Source: Eledone cirrhosa
Lineage: Eukaryota
Assembly (NCBI GenBank): GCA_964016885.1
Contig: OZ024740.1
Span: 238,638,001-238,702,000, forward strand
Direction of reading: 5' to 3'
Length of the DNA: 64,000 bases
Positions 26,191 through 38,405 of this stretch are shown here, one piece after another. Made by a program: the position numbers and the translations under genes. The notes under the pieces are model-generated. The model was not told the DNA's origin, made no database searches, and worked only from the letters and a program-made list of their open reading frames with translations. The number at the start of each line of letters is the position of its first letter. Position 1 is the stretch's first letter.

Positions 26191-27351
26191 TATAATTAGA
26201 TAATAATAATTAAAATATGGTGTTATTTATTGCTAAAAATGTATTAAACTGAAAGCATAAATTTTATAAACTTAAGCTATGACATTTTTGGCAGCAACTC
26301 TAAAACTACTATTAGTTATTTAGTTGTTACCTGTGTTCTTTTCTTAACTATAACAATACAGGGTTGGTATATAAAAACAAGATACAAACTAGTAGAAATC
26401 ATAACCATTTTTTCTGGACTGCTGTTTTACATTTATTTATAAATATATTTATTTTAAAATATCATTAGATATATAATTAAAATACTAAAATAATGAGCAT
26501 CAGAGGCATGTTTTTACAGTTAAGAAGTTTACTTCACAATCACGATTGCAAATTTAGTTTCACAGCATGGCACCTTGGGCATAGCATAGCCTCAGATTGA
26601 CCAATAGCTTGCAAGTGGAATCTGCATGTATATATATCTTTTGTTAATATATATTGATGAAGGGACAAAAATCCCATGAGATATTTGATCTTCACTGAGT
26701 TACAGATAGAGCCGCTACTTCTCCGAATTGACAGATCACAGCTCTAATACTATGGGCATGTAGTTAGAATGTCTCAGGAAAGAATTGCTGGACAGATTTT
26801 ATGAACAGAACCAACCAGCAAGAGACCCAGGCATAGACCCTGAGCAAGATGGTTAGATAACATCCATGAGCTTGGCTGGTCATGCTTGGGGATCCAGCTG
26901 GATTAGTTGGAGATGGTTGCTTCTGACAGGGCCTGCTGGAAAGAGTGTTTGAGGACTTTGTCCCCACAACCCTCCCAAGAATAAGTGGGCGAAGAAGACT
27001 GAATTACAGACATCCTCTTGCCATCAGAAATGGAGTGGAGTGGCTTTGAGATTTTCACCTGGATTACATCATAATGAAATGCACATTAAATAGTTGTTTT
27101 ATATATATATATATTTTTTTCATTTCATTTTACGTCCGCTTTTAAAATAGCAGATTAAAGTTAAAGCAAAGAATCGCTGCTTTCACCCTTAACGGGATCT
27201 TCTGAAACTAACAAAGTCAATCTGTGAACGTTTTTTGAAATATTCACTTCTGTGTTCACAGATTGACTTTGCTCTACGGTTCTTATATATTTGATATATA
27301 TTTATCCTTATCGAGCCCTCTTTGGATTTTAGTCTTCAAATTTATTATTAT

Positions 27352-27418
<67 letters not shown>

Positions 27419-27421
27419 TAA

Positions 27422-28029
27422 ATGAACAAAAGGAAACAGATAGAAAGTTATAAAACCATGATGAAATACCAAGTTCATGATATGAGTGACACCAACCATA
27501 GATCAAACCTGTAGATTCCTTGAATATTTGAGGTGGTGACTAATAGTTAAGATTATTGAACACATGTTCCAACTATAAGGATTTAATTGTTTTCCAAACT
27601 GCCTTTATAATCTTCAAGCAATTCATTTTGAAAATGTATTATGCTTCAGCAACAATTGCTCCATAGAACATCAAGCATCTTTGTTTTGGAAACTAGTCAA
27701 TAGTCAGGTTATATAATATTACATTATTATAGCCAAGTAATATCATATCACATAAATAGATCCAGGCAATATAACATTGTGTAATTATATCCAGAGAATA
27801 TCACAATGTATTCAGATGATATCACATTATATAATTATCTCAATGTGACACATTCTATAAATATATTCATTGTATAATCATATCTAGCCGATATAACACA
27901 TTGCATAAATTACATTCAAATGATATTACACCATGTAATTATATCCTTCAATAGTATAAAGTTTCACTATTTCTGTTTTAAGATAGTTATTCTTACTTCT
28001 TTCATTGGTGTGTTTTCCAGACAATATTT

Positions 28030-28082
<53 letters not shown>

Positions 28083-28230
28083 CAAAAGAAAACAGATAGA
28101 AAGTTATAAAACCATGATGAAATACCAAGTTCATGATATGAGTGACACCAACCATAGATCAAACCTGTAGCTTCCTTTAATATTTGAGGTGGTGACTAAT
28201 AGTTAAGATTATTGAACACATTGTTCCAAC
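27422..28230. repeat. Direct duplication of about 150 bp (27422-27572 and 28078-28230), each after a (TA)n tract
   Basis: atgaacaaaag.aaacagatagaaagttataaaaccatgatg...gaacacat.gttccaac is nearly identical in both copies. Confidence 0.9.
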
Positions 28231-28409
28231 ATGTCAAGCTATTTCATCTCATATATTAATGTGGCTCCATTTTCACTATTGAACAATTTATACACTAAAA
28301 CTCATGTTTAAAATAGTTCCTTTCTAACCAAAGAACAATTTATCATATTTCCAACATACATGTTTTCTTTCCCTCGTTATGTAAGAAAAAAAAAAAAAAT
28401 GGAGCCAAA

Positions 28410-30680
28410 TTAACAATAATAATTTTTTCAAATATAAACATAAAACCAGTAATTCGAGGGGATGGTGTAAATTGATTATATCTACCCCAATATATAACTG
28501 GTACATTTAAAAATGAATATTGGAAAGATGAACGACAAAGTTTAACCATAGTGAAATTTAAACTTTAATATAAAAAAATTTGAACAAATACCACAAGGTA
28601 TGTTGTTTGATGCTCTAACAATTCAGCTAATCCACCACATAATAATAATAATAATAATAATAATTGTTTCTACTTCAGGCACAAGGCCAGCAATTATTCC
28701 AGTGCATTACTGGTACTTTATTTTATCGACCCCGTAAGGATGAGAGCCAAAGTTAACCTTGGCGGGATTTGAACTCAGACCGTAAAGGGCCATAACTCTA
28801 TGCTGCAAAGCATTGTGTCTGGCACTCTACTAATACTGCCAATCTAATAATAATAACAATAACAACAACAATTCTTTCTAACATTGCAATTTTGGGAAGG
28901 GGAAAGTCAAATATATTGACTCTGGAAGGATGAAAGGCAAAGTTGACCTCAGCAGGATTTGAATTCAGAACATAGAAAGTCATAACTAAATACTGCAAAG
29001 CATTTTGTGTGTCGCTCTATCAAGAATGTCAATCCACCACCTTATATAATAATAATGATGATGATGATGATGGTAATAATAATAACAGCCACAAGGCCAG
29101 AAAGTTTGAGGGGGAGGCAACAGTTAATTATATCAACTACAGTAATTGACTGGTAACTTTATTTTATCAATCTTGCAAAGATGAAAGAAAAAATTGACCT
29201 CAGCAGAATTTGAACACACAACATAAAGAGCTGGGCTAAATGCCACAAGGCATTTTGCCCAGAACTCTAATGATTCTATCAATCCACTGCCCCAACTCAA
29301 CAACAGGAATACTAAATACAAGGACAATATTGTAAAGGTAGTATATAATCTATTGTATCAATCACCAACATATTACTGGTATTTCTAATATAGGCACAAG
29401 GCCACACATTTTGGAGAAAGGGTTTACTTGATTAAATCGACCCACTATTTGACTGGATGGGTGAAAGGTAAAGTTAAATTTAAACCCAGAAAGTAAAGTA
29501 ACATAATTAAATAATTATTTCTACTTTTGGCACAAGGCCAGTAATTACCCAGTGTATTACTGGTACTTTATTTTATCGACCCCGTAAAGATGAAAGGCAA
29601 AGTTAAGCTCGGCGGGATTTGAACTCAGAATGGCAAGGGCCGTAACTCTATACATCAAAGCATGGCGTCCGACCCTCTACCGATAATGATTTCTCATTTA
29701 GGTAGAAGGTCAACAATTTTGGGAGAAGGGAAAGTTGATTAAATTGACCCCAGGCCAATCTACTGCATTTTGCCTGGTGATCATACAATTCACTGCCCAA
29801 ATATAAACAATGATGATGAATATAATAATATAAACATCCCAATCATCATAGGTATGATAAGAAAAGAATATGAGAAAAATCTTAGCAAGATCCCAGGCAA
29901 ACTCTCTCTTCAGGAAATTAAAATATATTACTGACAAGCACTGTACACATACTATAAAGAGCCCTATCAATCTAAAATCTCTATACTTCATACATATATT
30001 CCACACCCGGAAGAGCTTGTATAAAACTCACAAATGAAATGATAATTAAATAACAATGGTTTCTGATTTAGGCACAAGGCCAACAATTTTGGGCGAGGGG
30101 AAAGTCGATTAAATCTACCCCAGTGCGATACAAGTACTTTATTTTACAAACCCCAGAAGAATGAAAGGCAAAATCAACTTTGGCAGGGTTTGAATTCAGA
30201 ACATAAACAAATATTACAAAATAGTTTGTCCAATGCTCCCCCCCCCCCTCATCTTTTGATGATGATGATAATAACAGTAACAATAATGTCAATGAAGTCT
30301 AGTCTTAAAATTTAATATGCTAATAAGAAAAATAGAAAGGAAAGGAGCCAATCATTAGATCAAACCAAGGAAACAATGTTTCCTTGGTCCTTCCATTGCT
30401 GATACTATCTGTTGGTTACAACTCCTGGCAGAATGAGGCAGAATTTGAATTCAGAATGCACAAAGCAGGATCAGATACCATAAAGTGTCCTGTCCAACTC
30501 CTTAACAATTCTGCCAATCCACCGCCCCTGGACTGGTACTTTATTTACTTGATTTATTGAAACCGAAAGGATGAAAGGTAAAGTTGACCTTGGCGGGATT
30601 TGAACTCAGAGCAGAGAGAGCTGAAACAAATACAAAGGCATTCAATCTGATGCTCTAACAACTCTGCCAGTTCGTCGCCT
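28410..30680 (-). mobile_element. Stack of about 10 co-oriented family A SINEs separated by (AAT)n/(GAT)n, with an R4-like fragment at about 29800-30045
   Basis: Repeated gcacaaggcca...ggtactttattttatcgacc...gatgaaaggcaaag...ggatttgaactcag modules. Confidence 0.85.
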
Positions 30681-31472
30681 AAGAAAAAGATATAAAAATA
30701 ATATTCTGTAGCAATGATTCATTTGGGTTGTTAGTTGAATGGTTATCGAAGATAACTGTAAAGAGAATGTTAGCAAAGGTTCAATTTCTATTTGACATTA
30801 ACAATAAACAAGATGGTCCTGTGGAGAAGAGAAGTGTTGTAGTTGAATAATAATTTGTGTAACATTTGTCAACATAATAATTTAACACTTAAATGGTGAT
30901 GATGATGATGATGATAATTTCTTACATAGGCACATGGCCAAACATTTATAGAAGAGGTAGTCGGTGGGGAGAGACAGTCAACTATATCCTTGGTATATTA
31001 CTGGTACTTATTTGGATATATCTGTAATATTAAGAAGAACTAAGCTACCAATGACAAAGATTGACATAGGAAACACTTAGGTTTTGTTAAGACATTGGAA
31101 AAACAGGTTTTGTTGTTGTTGTTATTGAGAGGGGCTGAAATGGAAATACTACAATAGAAGCATAAGAGATAGGGAGGGGAGACAAGCAATCGAACATAAA
31201 AAACAATAGAAGCCTCAGAAAGGTGTGGTAAGGTGAAGGGGATGAGAGCAGTGTAGAAACTGCCTTGGACTTTTCCCTGAATTATTTTTGAAGAAATATC
31301 ACATTGTGCAGAATTGTCCTAATCACACTGCAGGTAAGACGTTCTCTTGGACATATTCCATGATGATTTGTAGTTTGGTAATATTTATATCCATACATAC
31401 ACACAAGTACACTCATGTTCACAGCCACACAAATATACTGATTAATATATAAATAATTTGTGTTGATTTTTT

Positions 31473-32585
31473 TCATGTATTTGTTTGACTGAGAAATATT
31501 TTCACACAACCATATGAATACATTGGTACAGGGATCTTGCCAACAACATCCCATGTGTTGTCTTTGGAGTTATATACTTCTATCAGATCAGAATAAAGGT
31601 TTTCTTTAGATCCCCTACACCGGCCCCCAAATAAATAGATTTTCTCATCAAGCACAGCCAAGCTAACAAAGTCTCGAGCACATCTCATTTCAGGGAGAAT
31701 ATCCCAGTTACCAGTCAGTGGTGTGTAACGAAACACACCCTCAAGCCCCACCACATATATCTGAGAGTTCAATACCACAGCACTGAGGCACATGTCGTTT
31801 GCAGGAAGACCATTTTTTAAGATACTACAAGTATTTGTTGTTGTATCATAACATTGAACAGTATTTGTCACGACCTCATCATTATTTTTTCCCCCAAAGA
31901 GATAGATATATTTCCCATAGGCAACATAACCCATATTTTCTACAGCAAACAATAGTTTCCCCATGCTTGTCCATTTATTTGAAGAACTGTCCCACATTTC
32001 TACAGTGTTTAGAACACATTCCTCATCAAATCCTCCCAAGACATAAATGTTGTTATCAACGACAGCCATTGCATGTCGTCTTCGAGCTTGTAACATATTG
32101 TTTCCTCTTATCCAAGAATGGAATGTGAGATCATATTTCCATAATTCTGGACTTCTCAGACCACCAGATACATAAATCTCATTACCAATCACTGCAGCAG
32201 CATACTCATTTCGTTTTTTAAAAGGAAGTGGTTTCAAAGACACAAATTCTTTTGTATCTGGTCTGTAAAACTCTACATCACTACTAAGACCATCAGCTAC
32301 TCTGCCACCAAGGAGTACAGCAACTTCCGTGTAAGAGAAAGCATAGCGAGGTGTAATCTGATAAGCTTGCAGTAAATTATGCCGTGAAGGAACAGTATGG
32401 AATGAGATTGCATCTTCTATCATTTCCTGACCCTTTTCACAAGACAAATGATTGGATTTGATGACATAATCCAGCAAGTAGCTCTGTCCAATCAATGGAA
32501 ACTTCACACATGTCATCATTTGGTAACGGAAAGATTTTCTGTGTTCAATGTCATATTCAAGCCATTTGACAGCAGCCTCGAAAAC
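31473..32585 (-). CDS. Kelch-like gene, last coding exon: end of BACK and six Kelch repeats
   Basis: Acceptor ttttttcttttctag|GTT TTC GAG at 32585 continues in frame (ESQ|VFEAAVKWLEYD, typical BACK). Kelch blades follow: LLGG, IYVSGG, IYVLGG, IYLFGG, IYVVG, IYLFGG. Stop at 31473. Total 204+370 = 574 aa. Likely a CUL3 substrate adaptor; exact orthology cannot be determined here. Confidence 0.95.
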   Translation of the reverse strand, partial: VFEAAVKWLEYDIEHRKSFRYQMMTCVKFPLIGQSYLLDYVIKSNHLSCEKGQEMIEDAISFHTVPSRHNLLQAYQITPRYAFSYTEVAVLLGGRVADGLSSDVEFYRPDTKEFVSLKPLPFKKRNEYAAAVIGNEIYVSGGLRSPELWKYDLTFHSWIRGNNMLQARRRHAMAVVDNNIYVLGGFDEECVLNTVEMWDSSSNKWTSMGKLLFAVENMGYVAYGKYIYLFGGKNNDEVVTNTVQCYDTTTNTCSILKNGLPANDMCLSAVVLNSQIYVVGLEGVFRYTPLTGNWDILPEMRCARDFVSLAVLDEKIYLFGGRCRGSKENLYSDLIEVYNSKDNTWDVVGKIPVPMYSYGCVKIFLSQTNT

Positions 32586-32848
32586 CTAGAAAAGAAAAAA
32601 AAGTCAATACAATAGAAATATTGATTTTTAATATTAACACAAGATCAAGCATCTTTTGGAAAAGCACAGTTGACTAACCCTTTCATTACCATACTTCTAA
32701 AGAAATACACTGCCTATGATTTTTAAATGATTTAAAAAAACTGAGGGTTGGTGACTGAGTGTTATTACGGACTTTAAGGAAGCAGTTTTATCTTACAAAC
32801 AGAGGTTACACAAACTTTCAATCATTAGTTGTTACATTTAACAAAATA

Positions 32849-34237
32849 CTTGGCATAGCAATAAAGTCTTTAGAATAGTAGGCTGTGTGCTGTGTATAGC
32901 AGTAAATGTAGTTAATATTAGTTGGATTTTGAACTTTGTTGTACACATGTGATATTCTGTATGAATGCTGTACTTTGTCACAGGCCCATGCATAATTATT
33001 TTGTTGTCATTCTTGTGAGTTTATAATACACGCATCAAATGGATTTAAGTCAAGAAAATTTTAGAGCATATGTTTCCATTGAATGGAAACGAGGCAAATC
33101 AGCAACAAATATTATCGCACAATTGAAGGAGAGTGGAACTAACAACGTTCCAGCAAATTCAACCATTTATCATCGGGTGAAACAATTCAAAGATGGCAGA
33201 AGATCATCACTTATTGATGTTCCTCGTTCTGGCAGTCCTTGCACAACCACTATTCATGCCAACGTTCAACTCATTCAAAGTATCATTGATGCAGAACCAA
33301 AACAATCATTGCAGTGTATTGCACATGTTACTGGAATAAACAAAGAAACAGAATAAACAAAGAAAATTTGTTTTCGCTTCATTAGAAGAGGTGGTGGATA
33401 AATCGTTGCACTGATTTCGACAATTGTTAGCCACTCTCCAGCCATCTATTTAAAGCTGTATACAGCTATGGTACGACCACACTTAGAATTTGTATCATCA
33501 GTCTGGAACCCCTATCTTGCTCAGAACATTGACCGCTTGGAAACTGTTCAGAGATGTGCAACCAAGCGCATACCCTCCATCAGACACCTACCATACTCTG
33601 AACGCCTTGCTTCCCTGGGTATGGATTCATTAAAGCTCCGACGTCTGGCAATGGACTTGGTAAACACCCACAAAGTTATTAACCATCTCGCCAACAACAA
33701 CCCTGAGCACCCTTTTGATCTCCATGTGTCTAACACACGTGGACATGCCTACAAAATCAGAAAACAGCAGAGCTCCCATGACTTTCGGAAACATTCTTTC
33801 ACACTCAGAGTTGCTGAAGCATGGAACAAACTGCCTGCATCAGTTGTTAGCTGCCGAGACACTTCATCCTTTAAAACCCTCATGCTTCCCGAAATTCGCC
33901 AAAACTACACCTGATGTCCCCCTTCCATACACATGCACACATGTGTATATCATGACTCATGCACTGTTCATTTTCCTGACGTTTGTACATTACCCTATGT
34001 ACTATACATACACTTTTGATGAGTTGTAGTGCACCTAAGCACTGTACACAATATTTTCATTATTATCAATTGCTGAAAGAACGGTTCCAGAAAGAGTTAA
34101 ATGCTTTGCATAATCACTGTAAAGATGTTATTGCATTCAATGGAGATTATGTTTTGCAGAATAAATAAATTTTACTTCCAATATGTTGTGCATTTTCATT
34201 TAAAGAGTTATTCTAAGAACTTTATTGCCACGCCAAG
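32849..34237 (+). mobile_element. Internally deleted mariner (Tc1/mariner) element in the Kelch intron
   Basis: TA|cttggcatagcaataaagtctttagaata ... tattctaagaactttattgccacgccaag|TA. N-terminal HTH ORF 33039-33356 (..STIYHRVKQFKDGR..DVPRSGSP) and C-terminal ..CKDVIAFNGDYV. The catalytic DDD region is missing. Confidence 0.88.
33430..34066 (+). mobile_element. CR1 3' fragment nested in the mariner element
   Basis: MVRPHLEFVSSVWNPY...RVAEAWNKLP plus the CR1 3' end. caattg occurs on both sides (33421 and 34067) as a probable TSD. Confidence 0.9.
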
Positions 34238-34594
34238 TATATATATATCATTAAGGTGGCGAATTGGAAGAATTATTAGAACATCGGATAGAATGCTTTG
34301 CAGTATTTGTTTTAGGTCTCTGCTCCCTGAGTTCAAATCCCGCCGAGGTCAACTTTGCCTTTCATCCATTCAAGGTCGATAAAAAAAGTACCAGTCCAGT
34401 ATTGGGGGCCAATTCTTCTTCTGTGACTTTTTCTCACTTCTATTATCTCCCTCCCTTTACTCTGGAAGAAATCAACTGTATTCTGACCTGGAAAGGATTG
34501 GGTTCTGCCAGGTTTTAAAATGCCCTAGAAATGTTGTATGTCAATATGGTGCCCCTACGAGTCCCCCAAGAGCTATGGGACCATGCACACATGC

Positions 34595-35140
34595 ATATAT
34601 ATCATTATGATCGTTTTTACGTCTGTTTTTTCAAGCTTGCATCCATGCGCATCACATGTCCGTACAAAAAGAGGCTTCTCTGTTACACACCAATTTGGAT
34701 TCCTCTTAAACCAAGTTTCTCCCTCAGTTCATTCAAACTCAGCCATTCTCTCACATTTATATTGCACATCCAATGAAGCATGGTAGCTTCATTTCTCTTC
34801 AACCTACGCATGTCCTCTGCAGTCACTGTCCATGTTTCGCTACTATGCAGCATCACACTTTTTGTGTGCAGAGAGAAACCTTTTGTTGTCAACAGTGGGA
34901 GTAGCTCTCTAAATTTCTTCCATCCTATCCTCATTCTCTTGGAGCACCCTCCTCTGCTGTTAATTGGGTCACCTAGATTGCAGAATCTATCAATCACTTC
35001 TATGGATCCTTCATGTAATTGGAAAAAGTTTATATTGCTGACACTCTTCCTCTCGATTACCCCAGTGTATCTTTTACATACAAAGTCTTCCCTTCCTGTT
35101 AGTTTACCTGTTATCCCACTACATCTCTTGTGTACATTGT
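34595..35140 (-). mobile_element. RTE LINE fragment
   Basis: HKRCSGITGKL..GWKKFRELLPLLT..MLHSSETW..RNEATMLHWMCN; same family as 7009-8540. Confidence 0.85.
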
Positions 35141-36419
35141 GTACATCGTATAGAGCATACCTTTTCTGCATATCATATGGACCAAGCCAACCGGCAGGAG
35201 ACTCAGAGGTGGACCACAAGCAAGATGGTTGGATAACATTCATCAGGTCTGTTGGTCTCGCTTGGGGATGGGTGCTTCTGATAGGAATCTCTGATAGGTG
35301 TGTCTGAAGACATTGCTCCCACGACCCTCTCAAGAATAAGTGGGCAAAGAAGAGGTCTTCCGAAGAACTACTATCACAACCTCCACTTATATTACCATCA
35401 CTAATGCCACACCCTATATTACTTGAACAACTATAATACCTCTAATGTAACTACCATCACAGCCTTCCCTAATATTAGTACCACCACTAGCATCAAACTA
35501 TTACTACAACTAAATGTTGGTCTTCTGGTTGATTTGATCAATGGAATAGCCTGCTCATGAAATTAATGTGCAAAAGGTGAAGCATTCCACTGACACATGT
35601 ATCCTTAATGTAGTTCTCAGGGAGATTCAGTATGACAAGATGCAACTCCATTTCTGCGAACTGGAGCAACATGAAATAAAGTAACTTGCTCAAGGACACA
35701 ATATGCCACTGGGAATCAAGCTCACAACCATAAATTTAACCACTAAGCCTTTACTACCACTACTACCATTATGGAATACATTGAGAATGTATTTTGCCAG
35801 AGAGGGTAAAACACGAAAAGCACTATGAAAGGGAACATACTAGTCATTCTGGACAGTTACAGTAGCAGAATAATGAGGTTAATCTACACTGACACAAACC
35901 TTTTTCTGTTATCATGTCAAGGATAGTGTGATGAGGATGACCTTATTTCTGAGAATTTCAAGGACTAGTGTGTGTGTGCGTGCGCCATAAACTTTTACTC
36001 TTTCCTTGCCCTATTTCTAATAAAAAAAATACTATGATTTTCAAATCAATTTGAAAATAATCAAGAATTTGAAGTGACTGAGTGAAATAACTATCATTAT
36101 TTGATAAAATAAAGTACCAGTAATGCACTGGGTAATTGCTGGCCTTGTGCCTAAAGTAGAAACAATTATTATTAACAAAGGTTCTTATGTAAAATTACAA
36201 TGGAAGATTTTTAGATAAATATAAACACTTAAAAGAGTTTCATATCATACAATCAGGGGCCATTTCAGGTAGTTTGCTATCAAAAGGGTTAAAAGTTAGT
36301 TGAACTCATAAGATTGTGTGATTTTGTTTCTTACAACTTTCTCTTTTTTATTCTTTTACTGGTTTCAGGCATTAGACTGCAGCCATGCTGAGGTATTGCC
36401 TTGGTGGGAGTTCTTTGAT

Positions 36420-36655
36420 TATAATAATAATAATAATAATGAAATTATTGTGTAAAGTGCTCAGGTGCACTACAACTCGTCAATATAGTACATAGAATAA
36501 TACACAAATGCCAGGGAAGTACATGTTTGTATGTGTTAGCTGTAGTGTTGGCGGATCTCGGGAAGCATGGAGGCCTTAAAGGATGCAGTGTCTCGACAGC
36601 TAACAACTGATGCAGGTAGTTTGTTCCATGCTTCAGCAACTCTGAGCGTGAAAAA
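36420..36655 (-). mobile_element. CR1 3' end fragment
   Basis: Same 3' terminus as the copy ending at 18061, with an (ATT)n tail. Confidence 0.85.
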
Positions 36656-37117
36656 ATGTTATATCAACACCAACTTATTTTTGAAGTCTTGTATTTATTT
36701 TATTAATCTCTTTTTGTCAAACTGCTAAGTTACAGGACATAAAAAACCCCACACACATGCACGACAGCTTCCATCTATCAAATTTCACTCATAAGGCACT
36801 GATCAACCAAAGTCTATAGTAGAAGACACTTTTTCAAGGTGTCACACAGTAGGACTGAAACTGAAACCACGTGGTTGTGAAGTAAACAACACCTTACCCA
36901 CACACACTCATTCTTAAAATAATTATTCAGGAGTCATTATCAGATGTTGTCAAGCCCTAGGTCAGCTCTAATGTAGCAAACCTACGATCAATTACACTCA
37001 AGGCATGACCATCCAGTCATTTAGATATCAAATATTTGGGACAACATTATTCAATGTCTCCCATTTTTTTAATAGATAGTAAGGGTGTGGTTTCTAGCTG
37101 ATAAAGCAATCACATAT

Positions 37118-37460
37118 GGAGGCACATGGCTTAGTGGTTAGAGCATTGGCCTTGCAATCGAAAGGTTGTGAGTTCAATTCTCAGACCGGGTGATGTGTTG
37201 TTTCCTTGAGCAAGACACTTTATTTCACATTGCTCCAGTTTACTCAGCTATAGAAATGAGATGATAGAGACTGGGGTCTCTATCATTCCACTGCAAAGTG
37301 GTCGTGGAGGTGCCACGGCAAAAAAGCACCCAGCACTCACTGTAAATGAGGTTGGTGTTAGGAAGGGCATCCAGCTGTAGAAATCAAGCCAGAATCAGTT
37401 CCCGTCCCACCCTTGCAAGCAGGGAAAAGCGGACGTAAAGTGATGATGATGATGATGATA
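37118..37460 (+). mobile_element. Full-length tRNA-derived SINE (family B) with an RTE-like 3' tail
   Basis: Head ggaggcacatggcttagtggttagagc...gagttcaattc. Central ccttgagcaagacacttta (CORE/V/Meta-type domain). Tail ttaggaagggcatccagctgtagaaa...ggacgtaaagtgatgatg is shared with the RTE 3' ends. Confidence 0.8.
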
Positions 37461-37570
37461 ATGAGCTTGGTGGGATTTTTGTTTAAAAACAAAATATAAT
37501 CTGGAAGATGACTCACTCAAACTCTGACAAATAGTCAGTAATAGTGAAATGGAGAAATTCTGTCACTCAC

Positions 37571-38182
37571 CTGGCTTTCTGTTGTACAATTCAGTCTTCT
37601 GTCCTTCAACAGATCTATCACACAGTCACCAGAGAGGCGTAAGAAATCTTCATCTTTTATGAGTGATGTAAAATGTTTGCAGGCATATTCCTTGGTAAAC
37701 TCATACAGTTCCTTATGTGCATGTGCATCAGACAGAGAGAGTGCACAAAGACAGTTTGAGTCACTGATTTCCTCCTTGAAGAACTGAACACATAACTCTA
37801 CTAATGTTGAGATCTGGAACATGTGAGATTGTGAGAACAATTCAAAAACTATTCCAGTTGTAATGGTGATGCTACCAGTGTAAATGAAGTGTAAAACATG
37901 TTCAAACACTAATGGATCAATCTGTTTTATCGTGAATGCGTTCTTATGCGTTTCTTCCATTCCAGAAGAAAACATTGATTTGAAGTAATAAGAGCCTGCT
38001 GCCAAGATGGCTCGATGGCAAGGAAATTTCTTGTCTTCAATAATTATAGTAACATCAGTGTAATTAGCATTTGTACGAAATGATTCAATATTAGCTCTAA
38101 GAGAATCTGAATGTTGAGAGCTGAAATAGAACATTCCTTGTGAGAAAGTGTCTTCCTCTACACTGCTGTTCTGGTCTGCCAT
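37571..38182 (-). CDS. Kelch-like (BTB-BACK-Kelch, KLHL24/6/35-like) gene, first coding exon: BTB and most of BACK
   Basis: Minus-strand acceptor ttttttgtatttttcag|tc ATG (exon starts 38184, ATG at 38182). Encodes MADQNSSVEED...YTDVTIIIEDKKFPCHRAILAAGSYYFKSMFSSGMEE (BTB motif) through ...LNCTTESQ. Donor CAG|GTGAGT at 37570. 612 nt, phase 0. Confidence 0.95.
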
Positions 38183-38366
38183 GACTGAAAAATACAAAAA
38201 AAAAGATACAATTAGCAAGGTGATAGTGAGTATTATCAGAAATAGGCATTAACACAAATGCAGGATATTTTAAAAATTATTAAATCCGATATGAAAATTT
38301 AATACTATTAAATGCCAGCAAATCCGTTGTCTAGTTTAACACCACCACATGACTTTTGAAATGGGG

Positions 38367-38405
<39 letters not shown>

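Noticed and set aside
26650-26695. ttgatga agggacaaaaatccc atgaga, HHR-like
   Set aside because: Both core boxes are altered and there is no stem I, so it cannot be distinguished from chance.
37535-37570. ORF-track C-terminal extension (VSDRISPFHYY), and likewise the N-terminal extension at 38183-38218
   Set aside because: Intronic read-through beyond canonical splice sites; the spliced model restores the BACK domain.
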